This document shows positions 57,042 to 64,000 of a stretch of DNA of 64,000 nucleotides, piece by piece. Both the position numbers and the translations under genes were made by a program. Origin of the DNA: Fibrobacterales bacterium (GTDB taxonomy: Bacteria > Fibrobacterota > Fibrobacteria > Fibrobacterales > JAOPTW01); assembly GCA_051532035.1 (NCBI GenBank), contig JAOPTW010000047.1:25735-89734 (forward strand), given 5' to 3'. Numbering within the stretch: position 1 is the stretch's first letter; each line of letters opens with the position of its first letter. Below the pieces are notes generated by a model. That model had not been told where the DNA came from. It saw only the letters and a list, made by a program, of their open reading frames with translations, and ran no database searches.

Positions 57042-58517
57042 ATGCTTATTGCTCAATATCGTACACTCATCGTAACGCTTATTCTAGTACTCCCTCTACT
57101 CACTACTCAATGTGTTTTTAAAACTTCTGTTGAGCCCACCGAGCTGGAAGGTGGACAAACACTTCAAGGATACTACACCGCAGCCGAACTCGACAGTGGA
57201 CGCATCTACCACAATCGTGAAGACACCATTTTTATAACACTTAAAGGGCTCTTTATCTATTCTAACTGCTCCCTTGGTGACAATGATATTGTCCGCGAAT
57301 CAGCGACGACTTCTGATAGCATCTTTCAGATTCGCTATAGAGTTGACCTCGAAACACCAGACGACCTTAGCTGTGCTAATTCTACAGGAACTGCTGACAC
57401 AACCCTCCCCCTCGAGAAAATTTGGGGAGACGACATAAAGCAACTGAAAATTTACAAATACGACACCCTCCCTTTTGACAGTACTCCCGAAAAAGTTCTC
57501 GACTCCATCTTTATAAGAAATGGCTCCTATAAGAGAGACACGATCATATTCGAATTCGACTCCATTTTTGGTTTTGCCACTGATGACAGTCTTCATTTTA
57601 AATATGCCCATTCAAGAAACCCAGAAGAAACAGGTTCAGACAGCCTTATTCCTAAAATTTCAAATGGCACTCTTGTAGAATACACCTATCAGCCATTTAC
57701 CATAAAAGAGGATACTGTTGATTATTTCTGGTCAAGATGTGATGACCCAACAGCAGTTAGAGAGTGTGAAACAATTCCAACCTATATTAGAAAGAGCCAT
57801 ACCGAAGTCCTCGGCGACACTACTTATCCTTTAAAAAATGTCACCAACGAATTACATCAATATATGTGTATCGACAGCATTACCGGAAAACTAGAACTTG
57901 ATGAAAATGACGAAACCTATTCTATATGTAGAGATGCCCACCTAATAGATACAACCCAAACAAGCAACCTCACTCTTGCCGACACAGCAAACGCCTCCAA
58001 TGTTATCGTTTTTTATGAACAATGTATTAAAGAGGAGGAAATTATCTGTACCACATTAGATACCATAACTTTTAAATCCCCCCCTATCCCCGATACCGCG
58101 ATCACTGTTTCCTTAACCCAAGACTCAATAGTTATTACTGAGAAACTCGGCTGTATGGACGGCCAAACATACTGCACTGGTGAGACTTCAAATTACCACT
58201 CAATCTTAGACACCGTCGTACCAGATACAATATTTTATCAATCCGTTGCCTACCTACAAGAATTAAATTCCTGCGACTCAATCGACACATTTAAAGTCAA
58301 TACATTCAAATATAAAGCTCGCGGAGCAGTAACCATAACAATGGAGCTATTTACAATTGATTCCCTCTTTTGCGATGACCCTACAAAAATAGACACCTTA
58401 ATCTGGGATATTGACCACTTTAACAAACTGATTGACACAAGCTCAGTGAATGAAGTGGACAGCGTAACGTCCTACAATCTGTTTGAAATAATCAATACAG
58501 AACTTGATCAACCGTAA
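57042..58517 (+). CDS. Cys-rich acidic putative lipoprotein of unknown function
   Basis: Signal with a possible lipobox LLTTQC, 12 further Cys, many D[ST]x tripeptides. Confidence 0.75.
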   Translation: MLIAQYRTLIVTLILVLPLLTTQCVFKTSVEPTELEGGQTLQGYYTAAELDSGRIYHNREDTIFITLKGLFIYSNCSLGDNDIVRESATTSDSIFQIRYRVDLETPDDLSCANSTGTADTTLPLEKIWGDDIKQLKIYKYDTLPFDSTPEKVLDSIFIRNGSYKRDTIIFEFDSIFGFATDDSLHFKYAHSRNPEETGSDSLIPKISNGTLVEYTYQPFTIKEDTVDYFWSRCDDPTAVRECETIPTYIRKSHTEVLGDTTYPLKNVTNELHQYMCIDSITGKLELDENDETYSICRDAHLIDTTQTSNLTLADTANASNVIVFYEQCIKEEEIICTTLDTITFKSPPIPDTAITVSLTQDSIVITEKLGCMDGQTYCTGETSNYHSILDTVVPDTIFYQSVAYLQELNSCDSIDTFKVNTFKYKARGAVTITMELFTIDSLFCDDPTKIDTLIWDIDHFNKLIDTSSVNEVDSVTSYNLFEIINTELDQP

Positions 58518-58522
58518 CACCG

Positions 58523-59752
58523 ATGCAGTATATTAATGCCGGATACATACTTCCCATCACTAGCGAACCACGAAAAAATGGGCAGCTAGGCTGGGAAGCC
58601 CACACTATTACTGATATTTGTTCTGGCACTGACGCCGACTCTCAAAAAGACGGCACCTATTCATTCCCCAATTCAATCGTACTCCCGGGCCTTATTAACA
58701 CCCACTGCCACCTCGAACTCGGCATGCTCAAAGGCAAGACCCAACCCAACACCCCCTTTACTAAGTGGGCAGACGAACTCAAAGGTCTTCTTACCCACTA
58801 TACTCCTCTCGACTTTCACGACGCTGTAACCAGCGGCCTTGATGAAGCCCTGAAGAGCGGCACCACAACCCTTGTTGATGTCGGGTTTTCCCAGGTAAAT
58901 ATCGATTCCCCCAAAACCCATATCAACCTCCTGAGTCACAAAGAGCTTATTGGCATGCCACCAAGTGCCGCCCAAGAACTTGCTACACAAGCAATAGCCC
59001 AGGTTACAAAAGCAACGCCAACGCAACTGTTTACCCCGAGCATTTCTGCACACGCCCCATTCTCATGCTCTCGTGAACTCATTAACGAAGTTACCGCCTT
59101 TTGCCACAAACAGAACACCCCCTTTATGATGCACCTGTCAGAAAGCCAGGAAGAGAACGAACATTACTCTCAAACCAAGGGAAGTATGCTGGACTTTTTG
59201 TTGAGTCGTTTTCGTGAGTACAATCCTCCTCAGCCCAAACAAAATGCTGTCGACTACTGCCTTACTCACAACCTCATCCCTCATGACTCACTCATGGTAC
59301 ACTGCAACCATATTACGAGTGAACAACTCTACTATTTTACCCAAAACAACATTTCTATAGCCCACTGCCCTCGCAGTCGCGCTTTTTTTAATCACCCCCC
59401 CTTCCCACTCACCGAGGCACTCAAGGCAAAAACCAACCTTACTCTCGGAACTGATAGCCTCGCCTCAAATCACTCCCTTAACCTTTGGGAAGAGATCACC
59501 TACCTTTTCAACCATCACAACACCGAGATAAGCCCCGAACACATTTTGCGTATGGCAACACTCCAAGGCGCCCAAAGTATCGGGAGAGGAGAGCATACCG
59601 GTTCTCTTGAAGAGGGGAAAATTGCTGACTTTATTGTAGCGACCCCTTCTAAACAGACAGGAAACCCCTATAGCGACCTCGCTCATACCCCTCCAACCAT
59701 CGAAATGGTAGTAGTTCAAGGCTCAATTGCCTATCAAAGAGCACGCCCTTAA
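58523..59752 (+). CDS. Amidohydrolase-superfamily deaminase, possibly aminofutalosine deaminase-like
   Basis: PGLINTHCHLE, HAPFS, HLSES..E, HCP.S, LGTDSLASN, GSLEEGKIAD. Confidence 0.85.
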   Translation: MQYINAGYILPITSEPRKNGQLGWEAHTITDICSGTDADSQKDGTYSFPNSIVLPGLINTHCHLELGMLKGKTQPNTPFTKWADELKGLLTHYTPLDFHDAVTSGLDEALKSGTTTLVDVGFSQVNIDSPKTHINLLSHKELIGMPPSAAQELATQAIAQVTKATPTQLFTPSISAHAPFSCSRELINEVTAFCHKQNTPFMMHLSESQEENEHYSQTKGSMLDFLLSRFREYNPPQPKQNAVDYCLTHNLIPHDSLMVHCNHITSEQLYYFTQNNISIAHCPRSRAFFNHPPFPLTEALKAKTNLTLGTDSLASNHSLNLWEEITYLFNHHNTEISPEHILRMATLQGAQSIGRGEHTGSLEEGKIADFIVATPSKQTGNPYSDLAHTPPTIEMVVVQGSIAYQRARP

Positions 59753-59838
59753 TATACATTTTTGTATTTCGTCACAGATATCGACATTTTTGTTTCTACT
59801 AAAAACTGGAAAACGCCCATTTTTTACAGAAATATCAT

Positions 59839-59855
59839 TTGGCACACTGTTTGCA
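59839..59855 (+). promoter_or_regulatory. Sigma54 (RpoN) -24/-12 promoter
   Basis: TTGGCACACTGTTTGCA, with GG and GC separated by exactly 10 nt. Confidence 0.8.
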
Positions 59856-59892
59856 AATAGACTGGTTAAACTTATTAGTAAAGAGGTATATT

Positions 59893-60102
59893 ATGTATGA
59901 TGAACACGATGTAACAGATGATAATGAACACGTCTCTGACATGTTTGATAGTCACGATGAAAATGAAGGTGAAGAGAGCCTTGTTGAGTACTTTAATGCA
60001 CGCAGCTTTAAAGAAGTCAGCACAGTACACGACACCCCTTTTCGCAAATGGCATTCAGACGAAGACATCAAAGAGATGAACGTCAGGATTATGGAATGCT
60101 AG
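59893..60102 (+). CDS. 69-aa acidic, His-containing small protein
   Basis: SD GAGGT, ATG at 59893; the stop overlaps the GNAT start (ATGCTAG). Confidence 0.65.
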   Translation: MYDEHDVTDDNEHVSDMFDSHDENEGEESLVEYFNARSFKEVSTVHDTPFRKWHSDEDIKEMNVRIMEC

Positions 60103-60635
60103 AAAACAAAAATTTAATTTCAGACCCAGAGCTCCAATATAATAACGAAGTGCTCGGTAAAATAGTCATTGAACGTTGCGACTTTCTCAACCACGAGCAC
60201 TGTGAAAACCTGGTAAAACTTACCAACATATTTATGACCGATCCGGAGGCCGGCTGTGGACGCTCCCTTTCTCATGCAGAGGAAGAGAACCTCATATTTG
60301 GCCTCGCTGAACACCCTACAACGTTTATACTCTTTGCAAAGTATAATGATCAGTATGTAGGTCTCATCACTTGCTTCATTGGCTTCTCTACTTTTAAAGC
60401 AAAAAAACTCATACAAGTTCACGATATCGTGGTTCATCCAGATTTTCGCGGTAAAGGCATTGCCAAAAAAATGATGAAAACCGTTGAAGACACCGCCGTC
60501 GCCCTACGTTACTGTAAAATCACTATAGAAGTGCGTGATGACAATACCTTTGGCAAAAAACTCATGAACACCCTTGGCGACACTGAGGTCAAATCGACCA
60601 TGATTTATCGCACCAAAGAGATCAACAACATCTAA
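60096..60635 (+). CDS. GNAT-family N-acetyltransferase
   Basis: VGL..CF.GFSTF, HDIVV.P.FRGKGI, CKITIEV..DN. Confidence 0.88.
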   Translation: MLENKNLISDPELQYNNEVLGKIVIERCDFLNHEHCENLVKLTNIFMTDPEAGCGRSLSHAEEENLIFGLAEHPTTFILFAKYNDQYVGLITCFIGFSTFKAKKLIQVHDIVVHPDFRGKGIAKKMMKTVEDTAVALRYCKITIEVRDDNTFGKKLMNTLGDTEVKSTMIYRTKEINNI

Positions 60636-60848
60636 GGCTGTAGTTCAGTACTCAGCCTCTTTTCTGCTCAAGCCTCACAACTGTTCAACTCTGTAATTAC
60701 AACTTTATACCATTAAATACAGAAGCGTCATTAAAACAACGTTACAAATGATACAAATAAATAATTTTCTAATATAACCCTAAAATAGTGAAACTATAGG
60801 CATGCAATCGTCTGGATTAGATAATTGCAGCAATAATAGAGGATTATA

Positions 60849-63800
60849 ATGAACACTGTATTTAAGACTTTAGACGGAAATGAAGCGACTGCACACGTCG
60901 CCTATCGCGCCAGTGAAGTAATTGGCATCTACCCCATCTCTCCATCATCAGATATGGGTGAACATTCTGACCTTTGGGCATCCAAAGGACACCTCAACAC
61001 GTGGGGCGATGTACCAAGAGTTGTAGAAATGCAATCAGAGGGCGGTGCTGTAGCGTCATGTCACGGATCGATTCAAGCGGGAACACTCTCTTGTACGTTT
61101 ACTGCATCTCAGGGCCTCATGCTTATGATCCCTACGATGTATAAAGTTGCTGGTGAAATGACTCCTTTTGTTATTCACGTTGCAGCGCGTACTGTTGCAA
61201 CTCAAGCTCTTTCAATCTTTGGCGACCACTCAGATGTCATGGCTACCCGCGCAACAGGCTTTGCACAACTCTCTTCGTTTAATGTACAAGAAGCAACCGA
61301 CATGGCGACCATTGCCCATGCTGCAACTCTTGAAACACAAATTCCTTTTATACATTTCTTTGATGGTTTTAGAACCTCACACGAATTACAAAAAATTGAA
61401 CTTATTCCAGACAAAGTTCTTCAAGAACTATTTACTCCTGAAAATGTGAAGCGCTTTCGATCACGCGCTATGACACCTGACGCACCACAACTTCGTGGTA
61501 CCTCACAAAACCCTGACATCCACTTCCAAGCACGTGAAACCGTTAATAAGTATTACAACGCTGCCCCTGCAGCGATTCAAAAAATCATGGATCGCTTTGC
61601 ACAACTTACGGGACGTGGATATAAAATCGTTGAATACACCGGCGCAACAGATGCAGAGAAAGTTGTCGTTGTCATGGGGTCAGCTGTTGACACTGTACGC
61701 AACACCGTTAATTTCCTTAATCAATCGACTGACGCAAAATATGGTGTACTCGCAATCCGCCTCTATAGACCTTTTGATAGTGCTCTCATTGCCGATGCAA
61801 TTCCAGATACGGTAAAAAGTCTTATTGTACTTGACCGCTGTAAAGAGCCTGGTTCTTCTGGGGAGCCTCTCTACCTAGACATGGTAACTGCTCTTGCAGA
61901 AGCAGACCGATCAAATATTAAAGTACTGGGCGGCCGGTATGGCATCTCTTCAAAAGAGTTTACCCCATCAATGGTCAAAGCAGTACTCGAAAACAAATCG
62001 AAAAACCATTTTACTATTGGTATCAACGACGATGTTACTCACACAAGTCTCGATTGGGATCCAAGCTTCCTTCTCGATAGTGACTTCTATCAAGCGATGT
62101 TCTACGGACTCGGATCTGACGGTACTGTTGGTGCAAATAAAAACTCTATTAAAATCATTAATGATGAGACTGACAACTACGGCCAAGGCTTCTTTGTATA
62201 TGACTCTAAAAAAGCAGGGGCGATCACTACTGCTCACCTCCGTTTTGGCCCAACACCTATTAAAGCCCCATACCTCATTGAAGAGGCAGACTTTATTGCG
62301 TGTCACCAACCACAATTTATAAATACTATCGACCTTCTCGTTAACATTAAGAAAGGTGGACTCTTCCTCGTCAATACACCAATTGATAAAGATGAGCTTT
62401 GGGATGCATTTCCAAAACATTATCAAGAGATCATTATTGAGCGTGGCGTAAAAGTATACACGATCAACGCAGCGAAAGTTGCCCGCGAAGCTGGCATGGG
62501 CACTCGTATTAATACCGTTATGCAAGCCTGTTTCTTTGGTATCTCTGGTGTACTCCCGAAAGAAGAAGCGATTCAGAAAATTATTGGCGCTATTAAAAAG
62601 ACCTATGGCAACAAAGGTGAAAAAGTTGTTCAGATGAACATTGATGCTGTTAATGCTGCGCTTGACAACATGTATAGTGTCGCAATTCCTGAAGCGGTAA
62701 CCAACAGCAATATCATTGGCAAAAAACTCCCTGAAAACGCTCCTGACTTTGTGAAATACCAAATTGAAACAATGATTGAACGTAAAGGTGATTCACTCCC
62801 TGTTTCGGCAATTCCTTTTGATGGAACATTCCCAACCGACACTGCTCGTTGGGAAAAACGTGACCTCACTGACTTCGTGCCTATCTGGGAAGATGATTCG
62901 TGTATTCAGTGTGGTAAATGTGCATTTGTATGTCCGCATGCTGCCATTCGTGCAAAAGCATACTACCCAGCAGATATTGAAAGTGCTCCAGAGGGCTTCC
63001 AATCAGCAGGCGCAAAAGACCGCGACTGGAAAGCTGATCTTCTCTATACGATTCAAGTTTCACCACTCGACTGTACTGGTTGTGAACTTTGTGTGAATGC
63101 CTGTCCTGTAACTGATAAAGAAGACCCAACTCGTCACGCTATTAACATGACTCCATCACTTGATGTGAAAGAGAAAGAACAAGACAAATTTAACTTCTTT
63201 GACTCAATACCAGAACTCGACCGTTCACGTATCGATGCATCAAAAATTAAACAACAACAAGTACAAGAGCCACTCTTTGAGTTCTCAGGTGCATGTGCAG
63301 GCTGTGGTGAAACACCATACCTCAAAATTATCTCTCAACTTTACGGCGACCGTATGGTTGTAGGTAATGCAACAGGTTGTTCTTCAATTTATGGTGGCAA
63401 TATGCCAAACACACCATGGGCAAAAAATGCTGATGGCCGTGGACCAGCTTGGATCAACTCACTTTTTGAAGACAATGCAGAGTTTGCCCTCGGTATGCGT
63501 CTCGCTGTAGATCAACGTGCCAAAATGGCAATGACTCTCCTTAAAAAGCTCGAGTCACACCTTGACACTGAACTCGTTACCCAGCTTATTGAAAATGAAC
63601 AAGAAGACGAGCAAGCAATCTTCAAACAGCGTGAGCTCGTTGACCTTTTAAAGGCTCAGCTCGTCAAAATCAATAACGAAGAGTCAAGTCGCCTTCAAGA
63701 CATCTGTGATAACCTCGTTAAAAAGTCAGTATGGGCCATCGGTGGTGACGGATGGGCGTATGACATCGGGTACGGTGGACTTGACCATGTAATGGGTTCT

Positions 63801-64000
63801 GGCGAAAACCTCAACATTCTTATTATGGATACCGAAGTTTACTCAAACACTGGTGGACAAGCATCAAAATCAACACCAAAAGGTGCTGTTGCAAAATTTG
63901 CAATGGGCGGTAAACGTGTTGGTAAAAAAGACTTCGGGATGATAGCAATGAGCTATGGTAATATCTATGTAACTCAAATTGCATGGGGCGCTAAAGACTC
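60849..64000 (+). CDS. nifJ: Pyruvate:ferredoxin (flavodoxin) oxidoreductase, truncated by the window end
   Basis: MNTVFKTLDGNEA.AHVAY, YPISPSS, EMQSEGGA, GLGSDGTVGANK, two Cx2Cx2Cx3C ferredoxin motifs, GACAGCGETPY, GGDGWAYDIG; the last codons are in frame with the ATG. Confidence 0.96.
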   Translation, partial: MNTVFKTLDGNEATAHVAYRASEVIGIYPISPSSDMGEHSDLWASKGHLNTWGDVPRVVEMQSEGGAVASCHGSIQAGTLSCTFTASQGLMLMIPTMYKVAGEMTPFVIHVAARTVATQALSIFGDHSDVMATRATGFAQLSSFNVQEATDMATIAHAATLETQIPFIHFFDGFRTSHELQKIELIPDKVLQELFTPENVKRFRSRAMTPDAPQLRGTSQNPDIHFQARETVNKYYNAAPAAIQKIMDRFAQLTGRGYKIVEYTGATDAEKVVVVMGSAVDTVRNTVNFLNQSTDAKYGVLAIRLYRPFDSALIADAIPDTVKSLIVLDRCKEPGSSGEPLYLDMVTALAEADRSNIKVLGGRYGISSKEFTPSMVKAVLENKSKNHFTIGINDDVTHTSLDWDPSFLLDSDFYQAMFYGLGSDGTVGANKNSIKIINDETDNYGQGFFVYDSKKAGAITTAHLRFGPTPIKAPYLIEEADFIACHQPQFINTIDLLVNIKKGGLFLVNTPIDKDELWDAFPKHYQEIIIERGVKVYTINAAKVAREAGMGTRINTVMQACFFGISGVLPKEEAIQKIIGAIKKTYGNKGEKVVQMNIDAVNAALDNMYSVAIPEAVTNSNIIGKKLPENAPDFVKYQIETMIERKGDSLPVSAIPFDGTFPTDTARWEKRDLTDFVPIWEDDSCIQCGKCAFVCPHAAIRAKAYYPADIESAPEGFQSAGAKDRDWKADLLYTIQVSPLDCTGCELCVNACPVTDKEDPTRHAINMTPSLDVKEKEQDKFNFFDSIPELDRSRIDASKIKQQQVQEPLFEFSGACAGCGETPYLKIISQLYGDRMVVGNATGCSSIYGGNMPNTPWAKNADGRGPAWINSLFEDNAEFALGMRLAVDQRAKMAMTLLKKLESHLDTELVTQLIENEQEDEQAIFKQRELVDLLKAQLVKINNEESSRLQDICDNLVKKSVWAIGGDGWAYDIGYGGLDHVMGSGENLNILIMDTEVYSNTGGQASKSTPKGAVAKFAMGGKRVGKKDFGMIAMSYGNIYVTQIAWGAKD

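Noticed and set aside
61168..63325. Several short ORFs on both strands, including the 264-aa 61968..62762 ORF
   Set aside because: Shadow frames of nifJ; the same applies to the many short ORFs nested inside other long genes in the track

Overview
A gene-dense, AT-rich (roughly 40% GC by eye) bacterial chromosome segment. I found no transposase, prophage, integron array or CRISPR. Several features point to a Fibrobacterota-like member of the FCB superphylum rather than Bacteroidota; this is inference, not a database result. They are Ser-rich-linker lipoprotein glycoside hydrolases (GH8, plus a GH16), type IX secretion (T9SS)-like parts, futalosine menaquinone genes, and E. coli-type sigma70 promoters with Shine-Dalgarno sites. 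Recognisable core genes are tRNA-Cys, rpmB, a phosphohexomutase, murA, lpxB, rlmN, mqnE, proS, xerC, rnd, an M32 carboxypeptidase and nifJ (pyruvate:ferredoxin oxidoreductase). nifJ runs off the right edge and is missing from the ORF track. The strongest unexplained signals are in the cell envelope. (1) Exported proteins are strikingly enriched in D-[S/T]-[A/I/L/V/M/T] tripeptides, the Bacteroidota O-glycosylation sequon, with 24 copies in one 491-aa lipoprotein. (2) A translationally coupled operon of a DUF2914-like protein, a SprA-like giant beta-barrel and an Omp85 protein could be an undescribed translocon or assembly module. (3) Two paralogous small proteins consist almost only of a T9SS-CTD-like domain. 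(4) A sigma54-driven acidic peptide is coupled to a GNAT. (5) A near-perfect sigma28 promoter is present. (6) A thrombospondin-repeat outer-membrane protein carries a polybasic tail where an OmpA domain usually sits. All family assignments come from motif recognition by eye.
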